Source: Trueperaceae bacterium (GTDB taxonomy: Bacteria; Deinococcota; Deinococci; Deinococcales; Trueperaceae). Taken from it: a DNA stretch of 64,000 bases. This document shows positions 55,946-64,000 of this stretch, piece by piece. A program made the position numbers and the translations under genes. Each line of letters starts with the position of its first letter. The stretch's first letter is position 1. Where the stretch lies: assembly GCA_034521815.1 (NCBI GenBank), contig JAXHLW010000013.1, positions 64,001 to 128,000 of the forward strand, given 5' to 3'. Under the pieces are notes generated by a model. The model saw only the letters and a list, made by a program, of their open reading frames with translations. It had not been told where the DNA came from and made no database searches.

Positions 55946-56497
55946 GTGAACCGATCGCGGCGGGGCCCGCCGAGCCGACACCACGAAGCGCTGCTCGAGT
56001 ATCAGGACTACCTGCTGGCCTACCGTCTGCGTGCCCAGGTCGGTGGCGCGCTCAGGCCCGGCGGCCGCCAGCTGCGGCTCGGAGAGTACGCGTCCAGGCG
56101 GCTCGAGCGGCAGCGGCTGGCGCGGGCGCTGCTGCGCGAGTCGGACTACCGCGCCACGATGCGCGTCGTGGACGCTCTGACCGACGAGCTGAACTTCGGC
56201 TTCTGGCACAACCCCTCCGAGACCGTCGCCGTGCTCCGGAAGATCGCCGACGCGGGCGGCAGCCGTGCGCTGGAGGACGAGGACGGCTTCGCCGACGAGC
56301 TCCTCACGCGCCGCGAGCGGACCGTCCTGGGCCCCGACGGCGTGCGCTCCGTGGCGCGCTACTACCTGGGGCTGGTGCGAGCCAGCGCGGCTTACCTGGA
56401 TCCCGAAACGTTCACGAGGCTCCGTGCCGAGGTCGAGCCGTCGCGAGCGTCGATGCCCGTCTTCGTCCTGGTCGGATCGGATCCCGCCGTCGCCTGA
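55946..56497 (+). CDS. Hypothetical protein
   Basis: GC3-rich 183-aa ORF with globular-looking sequence (ELNFGFWHNP) filling the gap before rlmN. Confidence 0.7.
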   Translation: MNRSRRGPPSRHHEALLEYQDYLLAYRLRAQVGGALRPGGRQLRLGEYASRRLERQRLARALLRESDYRATMRVVDALTDELNFGFWHNPSETVAVLRKIADAGGSRALEDEDGFADELLTRRERTVLGPDGVRSVARYYLGLVRASAAYLDPETFTRLRAEVEPSRASMPVFVLVGSDPAVA

Positions 56498-56566
56498 GGC
56501 CGGCCGGGCCGTCGAGCGTCGCGACCGAGGCGGGCGCCGCGCGGAGCGCGTGCTAGCCTCCGCCCG

Positions 56567-57628
56567 ATGACCGACGCCGCCCTGCCGCTGCTCCTCGACC
56601 TCGAGCCGGACGGCCTGCCCGCGGACGGCGACCGTGCCTACCGCCGCGATCAGCTCGCCGGCTGGATCTATCGCCGGGGTGCCCGCACCTTCGATTCCAT
56701 GACCGACCTCCCCAAGACGTGGCGCGCCGAGCTCGACGCCGGCTGGCGTCTCGATCCGTTCGACGAGGTGCGACGCTTTCCGTCGCAGGACGGCTCCGTC
56801 CGGTACCTGTTCGTCCTCCCCGACGGCCGGCGCACCGAAGCCGTCTACATGCCGTACGAGCGGCGCAAGACGGTGTGCGTGTCCTCCATGGTGGGCTGTC
56901 CGGCCGGCTGCACCTTCTGCGCGACCGGTGCCCTGGGCTTCGGACGGAACCTGAGTCGCGGCGAGATCGTCGGGCAGCTGCTGGCGGTCGCCTGGCACGA
57001 GGGATTCGAGCCCACCGAGATCCGCAACGTGGTGCTGATGGGCATGGGCGAGGCGCTGCTGAACTACCGCGAGGCGGTCGCGGCGGTCAGGCGCATGATC
57101 GATCCGCGTGCGCTGGACATGTCGCCGCGTCGGATCACGCTGTCGACCGTCGGCCTGCCGGGCAAGATCGAGCAGCTCGCGGAGGAGGGGCTGGGCCTGA
57201 CGTTGGCGGTGTCGTTGCACGCACCCGACGAGGCGACGCGCCGAGCCATCGTTCCCACCGCGCACGCTCACGGGATCGACGAGATCGTGGCGTCGCTCCG
57301 CGTCTGGCAGGAGCGGACCGGGCGGAGGGTGTCGATCGAGTACACGATGCTGGCCGGCGTGAACGATCGACTCTGGCAAGCGGACGGTCTGGCGAAGCTC
57401 CTGCGCGGCATGACGGCCCACGTGAACCTGATTCCGTTCAACGCCTGGGCGGGGTCCGGTCACCGTGGGACGGACCGGGAGGGCATCGAGGCGTTCCGGC
57501 GTCGGCTCGAGGCGCGTGGGGCGTCGGTGTCGGTACGCTTCAGTCGTGGCCAGGACACCGGTGGAGCGTGCGGTCAGCTGTCGCTCCAAGGCGACGCCGA
57601 TTCCGAAGCGGTGGCCGGAGCGCTCTGA
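56567..57628 (+). CDS. rlmN: 23S rRNA (adenine2503-C2)-methyltransferase
   Basis: Radical SAM CPAGCTFC, MGMGE, SLHAP, VNLIPFN, GACGQL. Confidence 0.95.
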   Translation: MTDAALPLLLDLEPDGLPADGDRAYRRDQLAGWIYRRGARTFDSMTDLPKTWRAELDAGWRLDPFDEVRRFPSQDGSVRYLFVLPDGRRTEAVYMPYERRKTVCVSSMVGCPAGCTFCATGALGFGRNLSRGEIVGQLLAVAWHEGFEPTEIRNVVLMGMGEALLNYREAVAAVRRMIDPRALDMSPRRITLSTVGLPGKIEQLAEEGLGLTLAVSLHAPDEATRRAIVPTAHAHGIDEIVASLRVWQERTGRRVSIEYTMLAGVNDRLWQADGLAKLLRGMTAHVNLIPFNAWAGSGHRGTDREGIEAFRRRLEARGASVSVRFSRGQDTGGACGQLSLQGDADSEAVAGAL

Positions 57629-57782
57629 TTCGGTCGAGAATCCCCGTGCCATACGAGAAATCGCGGTGTATGATTTCACATGGGTCGGTGCGGCCGTGCG
57701 TGTAGACTCGAACGACTCTACCGACCGACCCGCGTGGCGGTGGACGGCCCTTCGGGCCCCCACGAGCGATCTGGAGGCAGGC

Positions 57783-59318
57783 ATGAAGATCAAGAGTGGA
57801 ACGCGATTCGCACGGCCTCTGGCGTGGGCGATCGTCGCGCTCGTGCTTCTTACGGGCGTCGCCTCGGCGCAGTCGACCACCGACGAGCTCCGTCAGGCGG
57901 CCGAGGCCGCCACGGACGACCCGCGACCGTGGGTCGAGCTGGGCAACGCGCTCCTCGCCGAGGATCGGTCCGAGGCCGCGAAGACCGCGTTCCTCGAGGC
58001 GGTCGCGATCGACTACCGTAGCTGCGACGCGCACTACGGCTTGGGGCTCTCCGAGTTCCAGCGCGGCGATCACGCGGCCGCCCTGTTCTCGTTCAACGAA
58101 GTGACGCGCCTGTGCGAGGAGCGTTTCGACGGTCACTACAATCGTGCCGTGACGCTGGCCCGCCTTCGCAGGCCGGCCGAGGCGGCCGAGGCGTTCCGCG
58201 ACGCGATCGCCGAGGCCGAGCCCGAGGCGTCTTCAGGCGACCGCGTGAACGCCTGGGTGGGCGTGGCGGGGCAGCGCAAGCGCACCGGAGAGTACGACGC
58301 CGCTGCCGAGGCGTACGGCTCCGCCCTCCAGATCCGCCCTACCGACGACGAGCTGATCTTTCTTCGCGCCGACGCGTTATGGCGCGCTGGCAAGGGCCTC
58401 GAAGCGCTTCCCGACCTCACCGAGCTCGAGGGGCGTAGCAGCGACTATCGCGTGAGCGCCCTGATCGCCGACATCTACGTCGATGCGGGCCAGGTCGACT
58501 ATTCGCTCCGCTCGCTCCAACGCGCTCTCAGGCGCGCCGAGGACGCGAACGCCGACGCCGCGCAGGCGCGGCTGCTGGTGAAGCTGGGGCTGCTGCAGCG
58601 CAGCCTCGGACGCGACGGCGAGGCGGCCGCCTCCTTCCGCGAGGCGACCGCGATCGACGACTCGAGCTGGGAAGCGCACTACAACTTGGGCGTGAGCCTT
58701 CTCGAGGCGGGCCAGACCCGCGATGCGCTGGAGCCGCTCGAGATCGCCGACGAGCTCGCTCCCGAGAGCGGCGAGGTCGCCCTCGCCTTGGCCAGCAGCT
58801 ACGATCAGCTCGGGCGGCCCGGCGACGCCTACTCCGCGGCGCAGCGTGCCTTGGCGACGCTGTCCGAGCAGGAGGCGCTCACCGAGGCGCGCTTCATCGC
58901 GGGACGGAGCGCCTACCGACTGGCCGACTACGCGACCGCCCGCACACAGCTCGAGCGCGTCGTCGACGCGCGTCCCGGGTCCGCCGCCGCGCAGCTCTGG
59001 ACAGGGCTCGCCGCCTACCAGGCGGGCGACTACGCCGGCGCGGCGCCGTACTACGAGCGTGCCGTGCAGCTCGACCCGAACGACACCACCGCCCGGGTGA
59101 ACCTGGGCGCCGCCTACCTGGCGGCCGAGCGCTACCAGGACGCCGAGACGGTGTATCGACTGCTGGTGGAACAGAACGCCTCCGACACCGAGAGCTTCTA
59201 CAATCTGGGCTGGGCGTTGATCGGTCAGGAGCGCCGCGGTCCCGCCCGTGACGCTTGGGCGCAAGCTTGCGATCTCGGCTACCGCGCGGCCTGCGACGCC
59301 TTGGCCGAGTACTTCTGA
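57783..59318 (+). CDS. Exported TPR-repeat protein
   Basis: GGAGG RBS, signal peptide, many TPR motifs (AHYGLG, AHYNLG, ARVNLG, SFYNLG). Confidence 0.88.
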   Translation: MKIKSGTRFARPLAWAIVALVLLTGVASAQSTTDELRQAAEAATDDPRPWVELGNALLAEDRSEAAKTAFLEAVAIDYRSCDAHYGLGLSEFQRGDHAAALFSFNEVTRLCEERFDGHYNRAVTLARLRRPAEAAEAFRDAIAEAEPEASSGDRVNAWVGVAGQRKRTGEYDAAAEAYGSALQIRPTDDELIFLRADALWRAGKGLEALPDLTELEGRSSDYRVSALIADIYVDAGQVDYSLRSLQRALRRAEDANADAAQARLLVKLGLLQRSLGRDGEAAASFREATAIDDSSWEAHYNLGVSLLEAGQTRDALEPLEIADELAPESGEVALALASSYDQLGRPGDAYSAAQRALATLSEQEALTEARFIAGRSAYRLADYATARTQLERVVDARPGSAAAQLWTGLAAYQAGDYAGAAPYYERAVQLDPNDTTARVNLGAAYLAAERYQDAETVYRLLVEQNASDTESFYNLGWALIGQERRGPARDAWAQACDLGYRAACDALAEYF

Positions 59319-59355
59319 TCACGCCCGATCGAGGCGTCCGAGGGGGCCCCACCCG

Positions 59356-60441
59356 ATGGACTGGTTGAGACGCAATTGGCCGGACCTGCTGATCGGCCTC
59401 GCGCTGATCGCCGTGATCGCCGGCATCGTCGCCACCCTGCTGACCGGGGGCTCGTTCTTCCCGCTGGGAGGCCCCACGGTGCAGCCTCAGCCGTCGTCGC
59501 CCAGCGTATCGACGCCCGCCCCCGACGTCGCTCCTCCAGCGGGCGGCGACGAGGCGACGCGAGAGAGCGACGGACCGGACGTCGCCGTCCTGCCACCGTC
59601 CACCACCCCGGCCGATACGACGCCCCCAGGCGCGCCGTCCACCGACGTCGCCGAGGACACCGGTGCCGAGGCCGCGCCTTCCCAGGTCACACCGTTGTCG
59701 CCGGATGCGTCGGACGGTGACGCAGCGGCGTCCGACGAGGACGCCGCAGGCGCCGCGCCCGAGACGGCAGCGGCCGCAGGCGATGCGGCGGCGACGCCCG
59801 CTGCGCCGTCCACGCCTTCGACCACGCCGTCGTCCACGCCGTCGACCAGCGCACAGCCGAGCACGGCGTCCGATCCGGCTCCCAGCGCGCCGTACCGCGT
59901 CGCCGTCGGCGCGTTCAGCCAGCGTGAGAACGCCGAAGCGCAAGCCGCCCGCTTCCGCGCCTCCGGCTACCCGGTGTTCATCGCGGCGCAGGACGCGCTC
60001 ACCCTCGTGCTCGTCGGTCCGTACGACGACGAGACGGTGGCGCAGCGCGTTGCGGCCGAGATCCGCTCCGGCGACTACGACGTCGACCCGGTGATCTACC
60101 TGTTCGAGCCGGACGACGGTACGTCCTCCGCCGCACCCGACGCCGACGCCGCGTCGGCGACCACGTCCGAAGCGTCCACGGCAGCCGCGCCCGAGAGCTC
60201 GCCCACGGCGTCGCGAGCGCCCGAGGCGGAGAGCCAGGGGACGCGACTCCAAGCCGGCGCCTACGCCGATCCCGAGGCCGCGCAGCCGCAAATCGAGCGA
60301 CTGCAGTCGCTGGGGTTCGCGGTTCAGACCGTCTCCGAGGGCGGATTCGTGAAGCTGCTCGTCGGACCGTTCACGGGCGGCGCATTGACTGACGCCCGCG
60401 TCATCCTCGACGGGGCCGGAATCGAGTATTTCGCGCGCTGA
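59356..60441 (+). CDS. SPOR-domain cell division/envelope protein (two SPOR domains)
   Basis: N-terminal TM, P/A/T/S-rich linker, YRVAVGAFS..ENA and RLQAGAY..VGPF domains. Confidence 0.85.
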   Translation: MDWLRRNWPDLLIGLALIAVIAGIVATLLTGGSFFPLGGPTVQPQPSSPSVSTPAPDVAPPAGGDEATRESDGPDVAVLPPSTTPADTTPPGAPSTDVAEDTGAEAAPSQVTPLSPDASDGDAAASDEDAAGAAPETAAAAGDAAATPAAPSTPSTTPSSTPSTSAQPSTASDPAPSAPYRVAVGAFSQRENAEAQAARFRASGYPVFIAAQDALTLVLVGPYDDETVAQRVAAEIRSGDYDVDPVIYLFEPDDGTSSAAPDADAASATTSEASTAAAPESSPTASRAPEAESQGTRLQAGAYADPEAAQPQIERLQSLGFAVQTVSEGGFVKLLVGPFTGGALTDARVILDGAGIEYFAR

Positions 60442-61082
60442 TGGCTTCGATTCCGACCGCGACGGTCAGTCGCCTCGTCAGCTACCTGAGGATCCTCTCC
60501 CAGCTCGACGAGGCCGAGGTGACGAAGACCTCCAGTGAGCATCTGGCGGCCGAGGCGCACGTCTCCGCCTTCCAGGTGCGCAAGGACCTCGCCTACTTCG
60601 GGAAGTTCGGAACACGGGGTACGGGCTACACGGTCCAATCGCTTCGAGACGAGCTGAAGCAGATCCTGGGCCTCACGCGGCCTTGGAACGTCGCGATCGT
60701 CGGGATGGGCCGCTTGGGCGAGGCGCTCGCCGTCTATCCGAACCTGGCCAGGTACGACTTTCGTCTCGCGTCCGCATTCGATGTCGATCCGGCGAAGGTC
60801 GGGCGCGAGATCGGTGGCATTCGGGTCCGTCACGTCGACGACATCCCCACCGCGGTCGGCGATCTGGAGATCGAAATCGCGCTGCTGACCGTGCCGACCG
60901 ATGCCGCGCAGGCAGCGGCGGACGCACTGGCGGCCGCAGGCGTGGCCGGTATCCTGAACTTCGCGCCGACCGTGATCGATGCGCCGCCGGGCGCGCATGT
61001 GGAGCCCGTGGATTTTCTGGCAGGCCTGAAGCGCTTGTCGTTCTACATTCAACGTTCGAAGACCAAGGAGGCAACGACATGA
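60441..61082 (+). CDS. rex: Redox-sensing transcriptional repressor Rex
   Basis: IP.AT.SRL..Y, QVRKDLAYFG.FG.RG.GY, VGMGRLG.AL, GILNFAP. Confidence 0.96.
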   Translation: MASIPTATVSRLVSYLRILSQLDEAEVTKTSSEHLAAEAHVSAFQVRKDLAYFGKFGTRGTGYTVQSLRDELKQILGLTRPWNVAIVGMGRLGEALAVYPNLARYDFRLASAFDVDPAKVGREIGGIRVRHVDDIPTAVGDLEIEIALLTVPTDAAQAAADALAAAGVAGILNFAPTVIDAPPGAHVEPVDFLAGLKRLSFYIQRSKTKEATT

Positions 61083-61645
61083 AACGAGTGGTGCACGGTT
61101 CGATACTCATCCTGGCGTCGGTCCTGCTGCTCGGCGCGTGCAGCGGCATTCCCGGCCTCGGAGGCGTCGACGTCGAGGTCGGGTTCACGCCCACCAGCCT
61201 CGGGTTCGAGGTGGACGACGAGGGCAAGATCACGGTGGCCAGTCACACCGTCGTGTTCTCGTCCGCCCCCGGCTCCTCGGCGGCCGTCGCGACCGGATTC
61301 GACGTGACGTACTACGACCAGGACGGCGATCCGTTCTTCGGGACGGTCGCGGCGAGCACCTTCACCAACCGCGACGCGTTCGCGCATCCGATTCCGGCCG
61401 GGCTCGTCTGCGTCGAGTCGGTGCCGTGCCGCGCGACGAGTCCGGACGCTTCGTTCGCGCGGGTCCAGTCCGAGCCTCTCGCCAACGTCGTCACCCTTCC
61501 CGGCGCGATCGCGGTGGAGCTGCTCGCCAGGGGCGACGGCGCCGGGTACGCCGACTTCACGGTGTACGTGACGAGCGACGGCGGCGGCGACGTCGAGCTT
61601 CCCGTGCGCGTGCAGTTCACGTACCCCGTGGGCGGCGGCGGCTGA
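61079..61645 (+). CDS. Hypothetical lipoprotein
   Basis: AAGGAGG RBS, ATGA overlap with rex, lipobox LGAC. Confidence 0.8.
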   Translation: MKRVVHGSILILASVLLLGACSGIPGLGGVDVEVGFTPTSLGFEVDDEGKITVASHTVVFSSAPGSSAAVATGFDVTYYDQDGDPFFGTVAASTFTNRDAFAHPIPAGLVCVESVPCRATSPDASFARVQSEPLANVVTLPGAIAVELLARGDGAGYADFTVYVTSDGGGDVELPVRVQFTYPVGGGG

Positions 61646-61707
61646 GCATCGAACGCAGGCGCCAGGCGTCTGCGCGCCTCGTCGTTCCCGCGCGGTACCA
61701 TCCCCCA

Positions 61708-62656
61708 ATGTTCGAGCGGGTCCGGGAACGTCTAGAACGGTTCGAAGGTCGCTTGGCCGAGGTGGTTCGCTCGGACGTGGCCTTCATCGAGGCGATCGGC
61801 GACGATCTGGTCGCGGCGGGAGGCAAGCGGCTCCGGCCGGTTCTGTCGTTCCTCGCCTCCGACCTGGTGGACGCGGACGACGTCGCGGGCATGCGCGTCG
61901 CCCTCGCGGTCGAGCTGCTGCACTCCGCGTCGCTGCTGCACGACGATCTCATCGACGACGCCGCCACGCGTCGCGGGGCCGAGGCGGCGTTCCGCCGCTA
62001 CGGGAACGTCGTCAGCGTGATGTCCGGCGACTTCCTGCTGGCGCGGGTGCTGGGCTTGCTGGCCGAGACGGGCGACCCGGTGTTCACCAAGCGGATGTCC
62101 GACACCGCCGCGCAGATCTGCGAGGGCGAGGTCCTACAGTTCCAGATGGCCACGCTCGAGACCTGGTCGCTGGAGGAGTACCGTCGCGTGATCGAGGGCA
62201 AGACCGCCGTGCTGCTGGCGACCGCCATGATCGGGCCCGGCCTGCTGGCCGGTGCCGACCCCGAACGACTCGCGGCGCTGGAACGGTACGGCATGGCGTA
62301 CGGCCGTGCGTTCCAGATGCAGGACGATCGGCTCGACCTGCTGGGCGACCCGGAGACGCTGGGCAAGCCGGTCGGCGGGGACCTGCGCGAGGGCAAGGTG
62401 ACGCACCCCGTCCTGGTGCTCCTGGAGCGGAACGTGACCGAGGCTGGCCGACATCGTGCGCCGGCACGCCAGGCGCGAGGGCGACGTGGAGAGGATGCGA
62501 GAGCTGGTGCGCGACCACGGGGCCGACGACGCCACCCGCGACGCCATCCGCAGCGAGGTGCGCGCCGCGACCGAGGCGCTAGGCGTCTTCGACGACGGCG
62601 CCGCGAAGATCGATCTGACGACGCTGGCGGAGCGGGAAGTGGCCAGGCTGGGCTGA
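61708..62656 (+). CDS. Polyprenyl diphosphate synthase (HepT/IspB-like), frameshift near 62445
   Basis: GGKRLRP, SLLHDDLID...RRG, GKTA, AFQMQDD, GKPVGGDLREGK; C-terminus continues in ORF 62456..62656. Confidence 0.9.
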
Positions 62657-62686
62657 CGCGGTCGCGTCCTCGCGCCAGCGAGCTTC

Positions 62687-64000
62687 TCAGTCGCCGAGCG
62701 TCGTCCCGTGCTCGGCGCGGCGTGCGATCTTGCGGGCCATGCTGGGGAAGACGAGCGCGTGCAGCGGCGTCACCGCGGTCCAGTACAGAAAGCCCGCGAG
62801 CCCCTTCGGCTCGAAGAACGCGGTCTGGCGTAGCTCGGTCGCCCCGTCCGCGAGCGGTGCGAGGTCGAAGCGCAGCCACGCCCGGCCAGGGAGCTTCATC
62901 TCGGCGCGCAGCTGCAGCAGACGTCCCGGCTCGACCGCCTCGACCCGCCAGAAGTCCACGACGTCGCCGGGCAGGAGCTCGTCGGGATCGCGGCGGCCGC
63001 GCCGCATCCCGATCCCACCGACCAGCCTGTCCATCACGCCCCGCAGCTCCCAAAGCCAATCGAACGCGTACCAGCCTTCGTCGCCGCCCAGACGCGAGAT
63101 CTCCCGGTAGCACCGGTCCGGGTCGGCCTCGATGCGCACCACGCGACGATCGACGCGCATCCCCTCCTCGTCCGTCCACTTGTCGCTCGGCGGGCTGCCG
63201 CGAGGTACCGCCGAGACCGCGTCGCTCCACAGCGTGAGGACGGCGCCCTGGTCGGTGCGATCGAGGGCCAGCTCGACCGCCGAGCGGTAGTCCAGCGGCT
63301 CGACCCGGTAGCGCTTGGCCGGCTCGGGATCGCGCACGATCACTTCGGAGGTGAGACCGTCGACGAGCGGCCGGGCGATGCTGGCCGGGATCGGCGTGAC
63401 CAGGTTGATCCAGTAGCTCGACAGCCTCGGGCTGAGCACCGGCGTGGAAACGAACCAGCGACGCAAGCCGCGGGCCTCGGCGTACTGCGCCATCATCGAG
63501 CGGTAGTCGAGCACGTCCGGACCGCCGATCTCGACGATCTCGTGTCCCTGGGCGGGATGGGCGACGGCGCGGCGTAGGTACGTCAGCACGTCACGCACGG
63601 CGATGGGCTGCACCTTCGTGCCGACCCACCTCGGCGTGACCATGACGGGGAGGCGCTCGGTGAGGTAGCGGATCATCTCGAACGACACCGATCCGCTCCC
63701 CACGATGATGGCCGCCCGGAACTCGGTGACGGGGACGCCCGATTCGGCCAGGACGCGTCCGGTCTCCTGGCGCGAGGCGAGGTGCCTGCTCATCCCCTTG
63801 TCGGGATCGCCCAGCCCGCCGACGTAGACGATGTGGCGAACGCCCGCTCGGGACGCCTCGCCGGCGACGTTCGCCGCAGCGTTGCGGTCGCGGTCCTCGA
63901 ACCCCTCCTCGCGGGCGCCCATCGAGTGGATCAGGTAGTACGCCGTATCGCAGTCGTCGAAGGCGCCCGACAGGCTGCCTCGGTCGAGAGCGTCGCCCTC
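62687..64000 (-). CDS. SDR-like NAD(P)-binding protein with DUF2867 domain (YbjT-like), 5' truncated by window edge
   Basis: AYYLIHSM, HLASRQETG, FRAAIIVGSGS.SFE, GD..DFWRV, AEMKLPGRAWL. Confidence 0.88.
   Translation of the reverse strand, partial: EGDALDRGSLSGAFDDCDTAYYLIHSMGAREEGFEDRDRNAAANVAGEASRAGVRHIVYVGGLGDPDKGMSRHLASRQETGRVLAESGVPVTEFRAAIIVGSGSVSFEMIRYLTERLPVMVTPRWVGTKVQPIAVRDVLTYLRRAVAHPAQGHEIVEIGGPDVLDYRSMMAQYAEARGLRRWFVSTPVLSPRLSSYWINLVTPIPASIARPLVDGLTSEVIVRDPEPAKRYRVEPLDYRSAVELALDRTDQGAVLTLWSDAVSAVPRGSPPSDKWTDEEGMRVDRRVVRIEADPDRCYREISRLGGDEGWYAFDWLWELRGVMDRLVGGIGMRRGRRDPDELLPGDVVDFWRVEAVEPGRLLQLRAEMKLPGRAWLRFDLAPLADGATELRQTAFFEPKGLAGFLYWTAVTPLHALVFPSMARKIARRAEHGTTLGD

Overview
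High-GC bacterial chromosomal segment. The 16S rRNA and gene content point to Deinococcota, probably Trueperaceae-like, and the very acidic exported proteins plus ectoine uptake genes suggest a salt-adapted organism. Most of the window is housekeeping: metF-like, metH, tmk, hisF, hisIE, glpX, ftsH, glgC, rlmN, rex, a TmrAB-like exporter, a peptide ABC transporter, a stand-alone 16S rRNA gene and tRNA-Ala(CGC). The standout is an 11.3-kb ectoine/hydroxyectoine utilisation cluster (29455-40735) with a divergent EutD/DoeA-like hydrolase, ehuABCD, eutB and eutC. It lacks the canonical deacetylase (EutE/DoeB), DABA transaminase (DoeD/Atf) and EnuR. In their place it has a FadR-type GntR with a visible promoter and candidate operator, and a translationally coupled trio of PLP gamma-lyase, ACT-less homoserine dehydrogenase and aldehyde dehydrogenase. 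I infer an alternative route: ectoine -> N-gamma-acetyl-DABA -> homoserine -> aspartate. Several genes carry single-base frameshifts, clustered at 16.4-21 kb, that look like consensus errors. No CRISPR array, integrase or IS element was found. All family assignments are from motif recognition by eye; no database search was run.
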